From Carcharhinus amblyrhynchos (lineage: Eukaryota), in NCBI GenBank assembly GCA_965287045.1, contig OZ336883.1, positions 48,360,001-48,424,000 of the forward strand: a stretch of DNA of 64,000 nt, given 5' to 3'. This document shows positions 39,201-51,034 of this stretch, piece by piece (position 1 is the stretch's first letter; each line of letters begins with the position of its first letter). A model generated the notes under the pieces. That model was not told where the DNA came from, ran no database searches, and worked only from the letters and a program-made list of their open reading frames with translations. A program made the translations under genes and the position numbers.

Positions 39201-40453
39201 ATAATTAAAATGTAAGGCTGTTTTAGAATATCCTTGCTGACAACTTTTCTGCAATCGGAATTCAAGTGGATATTGTGCAATGTTAATTACCTTTTTTCAC
39301 CATGTACCATGGGCATGTTCACAATAGAGGTAATGTATTTATTTTCAAATTGGCATTCTCCTCAGCAGGATAACTGCTGTGAAAGAGTAAACCTCTGAAA
39401 CGGAAGAAAATAAATTTGCTTATTCTTCTTTAAACATGTGACGCAAAGGCAATTTATTTTATATATTGCAAATATTTAACCTTTGCATCAAGTTTATGAT
39501 ATTACATTCAACTTGCCAATCTAACACGTCTGTAACCTCCTTGTAGGAACACTTATATAACGTTGATATAATAGGGGAAGCTCACTTTAAAATTCTATCT
39601 CTCAAAATTCACAAGGAAACTCATAATTTTCACTTCCAGGTGGAGTGTCTTCAGAAACAACTGTTATACAACTTTTTACCAATTCATTTCCTTCCAAAAA
39701 AAGACTTGGTCTTAACCTCATAGCTCGCAAAAGTTACCCAGTGAGTATGTTCAAATTACCCAACACTAAAATTCTGTCCAATTTTAAAGAAATGTTTGGA
39801 TTGAATCTTAAAAGTAATATTCCGCATAAATTGAAAGTGATATAGTCAATCCATCCATACAGATCAGCAAATCAAACAGTAAAAGCTTATTGTATCATCG
39901 TCAGTGAACTATTTTACATTGAGAAAAAGATATAAGCGTTGACATTAGAAAATAATACGGTATCAAATCAATGACTATGAAATCTAACACTTTCAAAAGA
40001 GGGTTCATGTGGAAGATCTATTTGCAACTCCCCCCCCCCCCCCCCCGCAGAAATTCAATGTATCACAGGGCAATTTGCATCTACTTTTTGCCATTTTATT
40101 TTCTCAAGCAGGACATTACAATGAATAAAGTACTAAAATGCTTTGTTGGCATCTTCTGTGCTTGAAAACGTACAATTTAGGTTTTCCCGATTTTATTACA
40201 TCCACGAGTTATTGGGCCAGAAGTGTTCCCTTTGGAGAGGGGAGTTAGGTATCTTATAAGGATATCAGTGACATTCGAAAAGTGATCAGAGGAAAAGTCT
40301 AGAAAGGGGCCTCGAAAAGCTATGTGAAATAAAGCACCAAAAATGCAATTACACCAGAAGACTCGACCACTCACAAACTCGCTGAACTATTTCAGTAATT
40401 ATTTTATACATCAAGTAACAAGATAATAAATTGGAGTTCAAAGTGTCCAGGAT

Positions 40454-40992
40454 TCACCAGCTCCACTGTTGTCTCCGTACAACAGGATGCGTTAAATGAT
40501 GATAACTGGGGAAGACGCCAAATGGTCCTGTGTGCGGTACTTGCTGAAAGCCATGAAGTGTAAAAGCAGCGTAGGAATTGGGTTGGATAGTGTGGCCCGG
40601 CTTGTCCTGGATCTGCACCGAGGTAATGGAACAAGAATGACAGGGTTTGCCATCTCTGACCAGCACTGGCACTGCCACCCTGCGCACCAGCTGAGGCTGG
40701 TTCAGATCTATCTGCAGGCTGCCATCCACGCGAGCTCTCTTCATTTTATACCTGTGGTTCTGGAACCAGATCTTCACCTGAGTGGGGGTCAGGCTCAGAA
40801 GGTGAGCAAAGTGTTCGCGCTCAGGGGCGGACAGGTAACGCTGCTGTTGGAATCTTCTCTCCAACTCAAAGGTTTGTGCTTTAGAGAAGAGGACTCTTCG
40901 CTTTTTCTTCTTCTCGCTCTTGGTGCTGGCTGAGAGGCCTTTCCTTTGGACACAATCCGCCGAAGCCGTGTCTGTGCTACTCTCATCAGATG
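40454..40992 (-). CDS. NKX2-8: NK2 homeobox protein NKX2-8/nkx2.9, coding exon 2 (homeodomain + NK2-specific domain)
   Basis: Acceptor tttatttgcag|CA restores the frame (106-nt intron 40993-41098; total CDS 741 nt = 246 aa + stop). Encodes [20 protein letters not shown]...[11 protein letters not shown] with the NK2-diagnostic Tyr54, the NK2-[17 protein letters not shown] and a C-terminal QQWSW. NKX2-2/2-8 subfamily is clear; the paralogue call is by motif recognition. Confidence 0.92.
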
Positions 40993-41098
40993 CTGCAAAT
41001 AAATGTTTCCGGTTAGAATTGCTTGTGATATTTTATCGGGGGAAAAAAACAAGACAATAAACCAGCAGGGGAAACTAAATTCTAATTCGCATACTTAC

Positions 41099-41300
41099 AA
41101 ATCTTGTCAGAGCCAAGCCACCCTGAAAAGGATAATTTCGAATAGTCATGCTGCGAATTTTGCTCTGTTTCTTCTTTAATGACAGCAGATTGCATTGCTT
41201 TGCCACTTCCTCCATCCCATTGATTTCCATGGTCAATTTCCTGTTGATCTGGTAAATTTAAAATACTGCGCACGGTGAAGCTGGCCCTCGTTAACGACAT
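41099..41300 (-). CDS. NKX2-8: NK2 homeobox protein NKX2-8/nkx2.9, coding exon 1 (TN/eh1 domain)
   Basis: ATG at 41300 gives MSLTRASFTVRSILNLP, a tinman/eh1 motif; FTVRS is typical of NKX2-8 whereas NKX2-2 has FSVKD. The exon ends at a GTAAGT donor (plus-strand acttac 41093-41098), phase 1, 202 nt. Confidence 0.88.
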
Positions 41301-41439
41301 GTTCACCAATTATCAGACCTCCACCAAGTCTCTGAGAAATAGAGATCACTCGCAGGTTAAAGCGGGGTTCGACCCTCTCGCTGGGAATTACAGCTCGCTG
41401 CTAAATGATAAAGAAATAAGCGAACCTTTTACAGGGAGC

Positions 41440-41840
41440 GTCCTATGTTTATATAAACAGTCCTCTTCACCGTCAACAGTGGCAACCTTCAGATCGTGTC
41501 TGACCACAGGATACCAAGTACCTGTATCAGTCAAGTGCCAAAGCATTAATGTGAGTAGGTGTAACCTTACCAGAGAATTACCCGGCACTTCCCAAATGAC
41601 AGCAGGAAACAGGCTTCATCATTACATATTCTGCCTGATTAGCAAAGAACGTACTGAGCAGATAATGGTAATTGTGTTAGTGAATTAGTGAATTACATCT
41701 TGGGTGGTTAGTGGCGGCCACAACCCTTCCCCCTTCCCATTATTTGCATACAAAGTAAAGAAGCAGTGACAGATTTCCCTAGTTCATTTAATTACTTATT
41801 CATTTGTTAACTAGCCCACGAGTGTTATTTAAGTGAACGA
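41440..41840 (-). promoter_or_regulatory. Putative proximal promoter of NKX2-8
   Basis: TATATAAA about 150 nt upstream of the ATG (41446-41459), NK2 sites TCAAGTG (41531-41537) and TTAAGTG (41829-41835), Gli-like TGGGTGGTT (41701-41709), octamer ATTTGCAT (41742-41749). Confidence 0.6.
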
Positions 41841-42339
41841 GACGCGCTATATTTGCTACAATCACACATTAAAGATGTTTATTCGCCTCCCTAAAAAATC
41901 CCTTTCTGAGACTACTACAAATGGGGATTCCTATGACAGAATTTACAGTGGATATGAAGTATTTCTTTACAGGGAACATTGCACCGGGATGAGGAAAACG
42001 CCAATTGCAAGACCAGCAAAACGATATCTAATCACAGACAATCGCCGGGAGTGACAAAAATCACAATGCTTTTTGGTTTCATTTTATTCAATATTTCTTA
42101 ATGACCTGGATGTAAAATATCTAGATATGTACGTGTATATTTTAAAAAGTATAATGGGACAGTAAATGCCAACTAAGGAGTACTCTGCGGCAGTGGTTTT
42201 CAGGCATAAGATTTTAGTTGTTTCTCCAAAACATTTAGCAAACTTGCTATTTCATTGCACTCTGAAACGACGCGCTTTTAGCGATGCTACTTGCAAATAT
42301 GGCACTAATCCTGAGTTGGCCATCTTTCTGATAATTTCT

Positions 42340-42600
42340 GGAGGTAATCTTCAGTCAAAGATTCCCATGCCATGTCTATTTGTGCCACCTATCAAGCCTG
42401 CTGCTGTGACAGTGTTCCATGCTCCACAAACTCCCTCACAACGTCCTGGGTGGTCGAAAGTGGGAGAACACAAATACATGCCAACTGCTAGGCTGCAAAC
42501 AATGGAGGAAATGTAGACCATCGTCCCGGACCTGTTGGAAGCATTTGTTCCAGTCAAGATTTTGCATTTGTTCAGTCATCAAATAATAGATGATTGACGC
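42340..42600. promoter_or_regulatory. Putative Hedgehog (Gli/Sox) responsive enhancer
   Basis: Perfect Gli consensus TGGGTGGTC (42447-42455) and Sox site AACAATGG (42498-42505) about 1.15 kb upstream of the ATG, in repeat-free sequence. Confidence 0.6.
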
Positions 42601-44419
42601 CTCAGCACAATACGCTTTAACTTTTTGGGATAAGTCCGAGTTTGCTCCTTGTTGTCATGGTTTTCAATGGCATTAAAAAGGATTTGGCTGCTATCGACTT
42701 CGCTTCTCGCCTAATGCAGCCAAGTGCATAAAAAGTTATTACTTATATCGCTTAGAATCAAATAGGATTTCCTAAAATGTAAAATTGAAGGATTATTCAC
42801 TCTTGCGAGGACGATGGACTAACGCGTCTATTGCAAATACAATTTCTTCCTCCATTTTTACAAGTTTAACACATCTTGTTGCAGCAGTATTTTACTGGAA
42901 TTGCTCAGACTTACTTTGGAAATTTGCTGAATGTGATATTAAATTAGCTCATACAAAATGCTTGCTTTTATGAAAGAGTGGAATAGTTACAATTGCAGCT
43001 TTTGGAACATTTCACTTTGCTTGTTTTCATTGCACTTCGCATCACGGCATCGTTATCACAATGTTATTAAATAACGCCAAATGGCCTATGATGCACAATC
43101 ATAAAAACCGTTTTGATGCCGACAGGGTTCATGTAAGCGTTGTACACAAAGGGCTGAATAAACGTCAGGAAAGGCAACATGCTGGGATCCCTGCAGATGC
43201 AGAATGATACGGTCGAATTATTCGATTTCAACGAAAAATGGGCCGCCGTTTTCAGCATTGGCATCCTTTCCAAGATTGCAGTCCGGTTAAATCCTGTCCT
43301 TAATTTAGAAATCATTATGGCTTGCACAATGTAAACTAAGCGTCAAAAACGTTACCAATCATAGTCCAATCAAAGTGCAGTAAGAAGTCCTACTCGGTAA
43401 GACAAACGTACAGCTTCGATGACCTCTTGTAGCCCTTTAATCTATTTAACATCTGAACACTGCTACCAAGTGCAGAAATAAGCAAACAGATACACTTACA
43501 CGCTGAAGGACTCTTCACCATCAAATGTTTACTTTCGCTTCTAAAACATTGCAGCGCATGTTGGATGTCTGAATATTTCGCGCCCCCAGATATTTTCTTA
43601 GCTAAAGAACATTTAGATTTTTCAAATATTGTTTTTACCTACTTACTACGTGCCCACAAATTTACAACGATTACTAGAAGTGAATAGCTGGTATTCATGA
43701 TATTTTTTCAATAAAGATTCAATCCCAGTTAATCACACGTTTAGGTTATTATGTTCCTTTGTCATTAAAAGGTGAATGAGTTCGAAGGTAAAGGACCTGT
43801 TGACATCAAGTCCTTTTCATACAATAAATAAAACCCGAATCATTATTATAATAGGTTCGATAATTCGCAGATTTACTTCGTGGTAAACATCATTGATTGT
43901 ATTAGCAAAATCTATAATCTTGCCTCAGCTGTCGGGCACACTTTGCACTGTACAAAGCAAACAGTCACTAGATTTCCACGCGATTCTGAAGATCTGATTT
44001 ACGGTGATCAGAAGGAGCTGATGCAGCCCTGAATTTGAGAAAGGAAAGTCTGAGGTTACATCTTCAATGTGGGTTAATGAATAAGGAGGGGTAGCGAAAA
44101 TGAGTGCAATATTACAGCTTTGCAGCAGCAACCAGGAAGCTTGATGAGTCGGGCCCGGCGGGAGCGCTGCAGCCGAGTTGCTTGTTTCGGATTCTGAGTA
44201 TCTTGGGCTGCTGCTGGCTGTAGAATTGGCTCCAACCAAGGAGCGCCTCGATTGTTGGCCCTCATGCCAATTCTCACGCTAGACCAGAGCTGTGTACAAT
44301 CGTTTGTAACAAAATCAGAGCACTATTCAATGTCTGTATTGTGATTAAATTTATAGGACAGCTGAACTTAGTAACTCCAAGAAGAATAAACTCTTGTGCT
44401 GCAGCGTTTAGGTCTTAGT

Positions 44420-44765
44420 TGTCAGTCTTGGCTTAATGATAGCAGCTTGTCGTTGAGTCAGAAGGTTTCAGCGCACAAAGCTGCACATTCTAACATGATA
44501 GTTCAGTGAAGGACTAGGAAACCCCTTTGCCCCAGGGCCCTGAGGTGGGTGAAAAAAAAATCCCTTGGCTGTATTCGAAGATTCTCTCGGCCAATATTTG
44601 GCCTTCAAAGAATATCGTAGAAGAAGAGATTATCTGGTCGTTTGTCTCGTTTCTTGTTGGCGCGATCATGTTGTGTGCAAGTTGGCTGCCATGTTCCAGA
44701 CAAGAGCGACTGCACTTAAGAAGTATGTTGATTAGTTGTGAAGCATTTGAGATGTCATGAGATCA
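44420..44765 (+). mobile_element. Old DeuSINE-like (SacSINE1/AmnSINE1-type core) element
   Basis: gattatctggtc...tgtgtgcaagttggctgcc..tgcactt..aagta..ttgtgaagcatttgagatgtc resembles the Deu-domain and tail; recognised from memory. Confidence 0.55.
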
Positions 44766-47700
44766 TTTGAACTAGTTGAAAGCTGAAGCTGTATTAAATT
44801 TAATAAGCAAGTGTTTCGGTTATTCACCCCTTGCAGTTCGATATTACAAAAAATGTTACTTCGCATTTAATTAAACAAATTTAACTTGAAGCTTATTACC
44901 ACTGGTGTTCGCAGCACGTACCTTCAAACTAGTACAGCTTATAATTGGAATTTACAATGGTCCTGTAGCAAAAAGAAAATCAACCAACATATGCACAGAA
45001 TACATTTGAAAATGTTTAAACTGTAAGTTGTATTTCTACTGATGCAAATGTGAGGTGTTGGTCACCATAATGATTAAAACACAAGAGCCACACAGTAACG
45101 GCAATGACTCCCAGAGAGGGGTTACTGAATGGGGGAAAAATCGCTGAAGTTGAAAGCAGCGAGGCGTTTATTGACATATGCAATTCACGTTTCGGTGAAG
45201 AAAGAAGCAAAACATGTCTGAGGAATTGTGAAAAGAGGGAATTTCAGAAACAAGTATCTGTGATTAAGGGAATTAAAGAATTCTTGCTCCTGGTTGAGCA
45301 AAAGGAATTGTTTAAGACAGAGGGGAATATTGTGACTGTTCTGAGAGAATAAATCATTTGCTGTGGAGAAAGGTTGGAAATATTGGTGCTGCGCTGTTGC
45401 CCTCTCTGTCGAAAGAAGCACAAATAATATGGGTAGGTATGAGGTGAAAATTCTCACTTGAGAATGAGATAGTCTGCAACCAGGTAAAATCATTTTGGAA
45501 CAGGTGGCTCACAGTGCATGTCATAGGCAGTTATTGTTTCTGATTTTGAAAATCAGTAAATATAGTGGGACTTAGAACTAATGCCAGAGGAGTTCGTTAT
45601 CAGGCTTTTCACAACATATAAATGTAAGCATGTCCCATGAAAACAAACCTGGGTTGAACACAAAGGAGTTTTTAAAAAGTGATTTAAAACCCCTTAGCAA
45701 AAATATAAAATTACTATCAGAAAAAATAGTGCAATTGTTTTGAGTATGTTTTGATTTTATTTACAAAAGGAAGTGGCTGGTGAACTTTTGTTTCCAGTCT
45801 CTGGGTGTGTGTGAATGTGTGACGTTTTACTGCTGCTTTCAGGATTATGAACCGTAAGTGCGATGTTACAATTTTCAGCAGAAGTTCCTACTGTTTCCTG
45901 GTTTATGGTGAGTAACTAAAACACTGACGGTTCGATCAAAATACCAAACTATAGAACTGGGTTTCTTCACCAATAACAACCAGTAATGCAAATCATGTGA
46001 ATACTTATTAGGTGAACAATTTGAGATTGGAATTCTTTTTAAAAATAGCAGTTTTAGAGTTCATAATGAATAAGGTGCATGAATACATGTTTGTTCAGTG
46101 TTCATTTCACTTTACGTTTGGAAAGCCAAATAAAGTGAAAATTAAAATAGCAATGTTAGGAGAAAGGAAAAGAAAATGAAGGGGTTGAAAATTGATTTTA
46201 AACATTTGAAAATTAAAGATGCATCGCGTGAATTTAATTTTGAACTGAAAAAAAACTACTGCTAGATCCTGTTTTTACATGAAAGAAAGAAACAAGTATC
46301 AGTTGTGGAAACTGCTATTGTCTCATTGAGCCACCCGCCTCACCGCAATCCCTACAGTTTTCACAAGGAAGATATAATTAATAGTTACTTCTAGTTGCCA
46401 AATTGCATTGCTGAATTACAGATAGATTTTAATTTTAAAGGACTTGGTTTAACACCATTTGAGCTCCTGGGAAGCTGCCGAGTTACAGCGCCCGCGCGTA
46501 AAAAAGTCATTGTACAAATAATTCCGCCCTTCTTTATTCAAAATATTCATGTTCGCCGTCTGATTTTTAAAGTTCCGAGAGTCTTACGCCACAAGCTCCT
46601 TCGCATAGTCCGTGATCTTATTAGGTGACAAGTTGGTCATATTCCAAGGCAGTCTGTGTTAAGTCTGTTAGGGTCAATAAAGCCTCTGATGATGATGTTG
46701 CTTCAGACAGCTCTGATATTTTTAAACCTAGCAGTGGGTGCAGGTATTAAGAATAAGCATTATTTATTCTGTAACCAGTAACCTAATGGCTTCTGTGGTC
46801 AAGACCTTCAGGGATATCTGAACGTGGCAATTTTAAGACTATAAAAATAATACAAAACATTACTGCTGACAACTTCAATTGCAAAATATTGACAAAGCAT
46901 GGGATCTGTATGAGGATATGCTTAAGGAACAATAGGGTATAAAAACTTCTGAACTTTCCATTCTTCTACGCAGACATGAGGACACGTCGGCTGCTGCCCT
47001 GAACCCACGCCTCAGTGCAAACTTAATCTAAAAACTGACAACACAATTAATAGTTTAATAAGTGGGAGGCAGGAGAAAAACTGCAAACCATGTTAATGAA
47101 AAACCGATAAAGGAACCTAGCGCTATAATTAGAAATTATTCCCCCTCTATTAATTTTTTGCTTCTGGATATTTCATTGTCTTAATTATGTAATAATGTAT
47201 GCAGAGTTTTATCTTACCGTGCTTAGAGAAATGGCGCACTTTCAATTGAATACAATGCAGGAAACTATCTCCGTGAACTCTGAGATAATGAAACACCACT
47301 TAAAATGAAAAGGCAGGCAGGTTATACTTGAGCAAGGACAATCCTGGTTTTAATAAAAGGAAAGTTGGAAACATTAGGACAGGTTCGGAATAATAACATT
47401 CATTCAGAAGAACAAAGGCTATCAAAAACAACTTATCTCCAAGGCAAATTGTGCATGGAAGGGTTTTACTATATGTAAATTCAATAAGGTATTAAATTCT
47501 AAAAAAAACCTAAATTTTACGTTAGATAAACAATTAAAAATCTGAAAATCATACGGGAATATAGAATGACATGAAGTATAAAGATTTGATTTGGTGAGTC
47601 ATACCAGCCCTACAAGTAAAGTGAAATTGTTTCATTACTGATTCCTGTGATCATGGCAATACCATTGCCACCACAATGAAAACTACTTAAAGTGGTATGT

Positions 47701-48229
47701 ATGTGCCTGCTGTGGATAGTATACAAAAGCAATTTGAGAACTCTATAAACATATTAGTGAGGAAACAATAAGGATTCTGGATTTCATGGAAAGTCATCTC
47801 TCAAGCAGGCTATCAAAATGTTCCCTATCCAGCAACCATCTCCAGCCTTTTAGACATTTTCATACCTTAGTTGCCCCAAGTTTGCCTGTGTTTCCAAACC
47901 CTCCATCACCCCAATATGTGTGATAGAGCATTCAGCATCTTTAGTCCTATCATTTGGGGAACCCTCCTGTATATTCTTCACATCTCTAATTGTCTTTCTC
48001 CCTTTAAAATTCCTCACAAGTACAGTTTTTGAGCACCACTTCCCTCTCAACCTCTCCTCTATCCATCCATCTGACTAATTCCATTTTTGAAGTGAATTTC
48101 TATTTTTAAACAATAAATAATTTCAGGTCAAACAGAAATTATTATTTTTAATGATACCAATGTGATGCTACAACCATATAAATTGACTTGACTGTGATTA
48201 CTAGCAGTTCTATGACACAAACATATGTC

Positions 48230-48590
48230 ATGATGTGGAGATGCCAGCGTTGGACTGGGGTAAACACAGTAAGAAGTCTGACAACACCAGGTTTAAGTCC
48301 AACCGATTTATTTGATAGTAAACTCACAAGCTTTCGAGGTTCCCCACTTGAATGGAGAGTTCTGGCCTCAAAAACCACACTTACTGTACTGTCTGGAGAC
48401 AATACACATCTCTTTAACCTGTGCTCAGTGCTCCTTCCACTCACATTGTTGGCCAATTTAAGACTTGAATAACAGGTTAGGTGTAAAGATTCGCATTCTA
48501 ATCAGTAATCTGTGTACTGTCTGTGGCCAGAACTCTCCATTCACCTGACGAAGAGGGGAATCTCGAAAGCTTGTGAGTTTACTACAAACA
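48230..48590. mobile_element. Penelope-like element remnant with inverted terminal segments
   Basis: 48316-48368 and 48525-48584 are inverted copies; atgatgtggagatgcc..acaacaccagg..agtccaac is typical of shark Penelope-type ends. Confidence 0.7.
48539..48578 (+). ncRNA. Minimal type I hammerhead ribozyme motif
   Basis: AUUCAC-CUGACGA-A-GAGG-GGAA-UCUC-GAAA-GC-UU/GUGAGU: core boxes intact, stem I 6 bp, stem II 4 bp with a GNRA loop, palindromic AAGCUU stem III. Confidence 0.7.
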
Positions 48591-49889
48591 TATGTACCAG
48601 GATCAGTCTGCACAGAACTTCTGTCATTGGCGTCACTGAAGTCCACATATGTATAGCAGGTGCCACCAGCACAATGGAGGCAACTTGGATGCCAGTAGTC
48701 ATATATCAGATACTCATTCATCCTTTTTCCGAGACAATGCTATTTATGATTCAATGCACCCAGTTATTAACTTGAAACCTAACTTAGAAAGTTTGCCATA
48801 CAGTGCCCAGGTTTCCAGCACTGAAATACCTCTAAGTCCCCCAAATTGTGGGCAGAACTTAAAGCATCCACTATATTGATAAGAAAGGTGCATTCGTGGT
48901 AAGAAGGTATGTCATTTTAAGTACAGATTATTTATCTAAGTTAGATCCAATGCATCTTGTTGGTTCTATTTCTGATCTTCACTCGCCACATGCTGAACAC
49001 CTACACCACAACATGATGCCAAAATGCACAAAATTCTCTCACTGGATTGATGACAATAAAGCTTGAGGTCTTATTTTGGGAATTGCTTACAGCTCATTAT
49101 ACTGACACAGAGATCATACACTGCACTGCCTGCCTGTCCAAAATTGGATACCTCCAAATTTCTAGATCTATATACCTTGCAATCTTAAAGATTGTTTTTG
49201 GCAGACATTAAGTGGTAGAAGAATTATAGCAACAACATGTCAAGATAGCACTTATAGAGCAACACACTGCATTAATTCAATGTTATTACAGTCATGTAAA
49301 TCTTTCTTTAGGCTTTTTCCTGCCTGTTTGATGTCCTGTAATTACAAATCTGAAAGAAGTAAACTTATTGTTAAGAACTGCCATCTGATGGACTTGTTGG
49401 CTGCAGAAAGAGTGTTCATAATGTGGTTCAACAGGCTGATGATCAGCTCAAGAATCCTTCCATTATTCCCCAAACAGAAAAAAATGTCTGTGTGAAGGTA
49501 TGCTTAAAAAAGGAATGTATTCTTGCTGAACACTTTGAATTGTTTTTTTAAAAGTTTCCCACAATTTATTTACCGCTACACAATTTTAGTTCATTCCCCT
49601 AATCAATCTTTGTCAGCTCTCCCTTCATTCTTATATAATTGGCTCTAAGTTTACATTTTTGTTTGTAATTGGAGTATGTGATTTTCAAACTCCATTTGGA
49701 ATTCAACTGATATTCTGATCTTTATTTCCCAATGGATCTTTTACAATGTCATTAATTAAACTTGTCTTATTACACAATATTAGATCTAAAATATCTTTAC
49801 CCTAATGGCTTTCACAACACATCACTCCAGGAAACTGTTATGAAAACATTCTACAAAACCCATGTTCCAGACCATCTTTACTAATTTGA

Positions 49890-50310
49890 TAGGATTGATA
49901 GTACTTGGGCTGCTCTTGGTTGTTCGAGATTGGCCTAGTGCTTCATGTTGTTAGTGTGTGCTTAAACTGGGCCAGATACTGGGCAAGACGACAGCTCAGT
50001 GACTATCGCTGATTGCTGTGCAGACACATGGATTTGGGCCGGTGTCTGTGGGAGTTTGCGCATTCTCCCCATGCTTGCGTGGGTTTTCTCCGGGTGCTCC
50101 GGTTTCCTCCCACACACCAAAGATGTGTTATTAGGCTGATTGGCAGTAATAAATTGTCCCTAAATTAGTTTCCCTCAATGTGGATGGCCATAAAACATTG
50201 GATGAGGGTCACGGGTGGAGGGGGGGACTGGCGGTGTTAGGATGGCGGCGCGGGCTCGTTGGGCCGAAGGGCCTGTTTCCCAGGCTGTTTTTGTTCTTTG
50301 TTCTTTGTTT
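49890..50310 (+). mobile_element. 5'-truncated copy of the V-domain-bearing CR1 3' UTR
   Basis: Near-identical in inverse to 51035-51440; (TTCTTTG)n tail. Confidence 0.85.
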
Positions 50311-51034
50311 GTATTATCTAGAGGAAAATTAAAGTCCCCCACAATGTTACATTGCCTTTGTTATAAGCTCCAACAATTTTTTGTTTAATGCCTTGATCAA
50401 GGTTATAACTACTGTTAGAGCGAGTATAAACTATTCCCTCCAGCATTTTCAACCCTTACTATTCCTAATCTTCACGCATTCTGATTCCATGTGCTGATTT
50501 CCTAAGCTAAGATCCTTTCTCAGTAATGTTCTTTCCCATTCTGCTTGCCTCTTTAAAATGTTGTGTGCTCCCTGGAATATTTATTTCCCAACCTCGGTCA
50601 CTTTGCAACCATGTATATGCAATAAATTATTTATCTCTGTTTGTGCCATTAGTTTATCCATCTTACTGCAGATGTTCTGCACATTCAGATAAATTAAATA
50701 GTAATTTAATATTACTATTAAAATCTTGGCCCTTCCTGTCCCACTCAGTTTGTCTTCACCCACATCAATATACTTTTATATGCCTCAACTTTTATTTGTG
50801 GGTTTTTAAATATCCCTTCAGCTGAACCCTCCTCCTCCTCTATTAGTTTAAAGGTATTTTCCTTACTCTGGCCATTTTTGCTAGTGCAGTCTTATGGTTG
50901 AAGGCTTTCACGTGAACCCTCTCCTTTCTTTAGTTTAAGGCCCCCTCTACAATGGTCCTTATTTAACTTACCAAGCTCTGGTTCCAGCATGATTTAGGTG
51001 AAGACTAACCCAACCATACAGCTTTCTCTTTCAG

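Noticed and set aside
40454-41300. Calling the gene NKX2-2 or NKX2-1
   Set aside because: The TN motif FTVRSIL, the short N-terminus and the divergent homeodomain fit NKX2-8/2.9 better. A phylogeny or PAX9 synteny would be decisive and cannot be seen in this window.
41082-41309. ORF-track start (TTG at 41309) and read-through to the stop at 41082
   Set aside because: The real start is more likely the ATG at 41300, and a canonical donor at 41098 splices in frame to the homeobox exon.
40496-41688. Plus-strand ORFs of 145 aa and 137 aa
   Set aside because: Antisense shadows of the homeobox exon and promoter, with no recognisable motifs.
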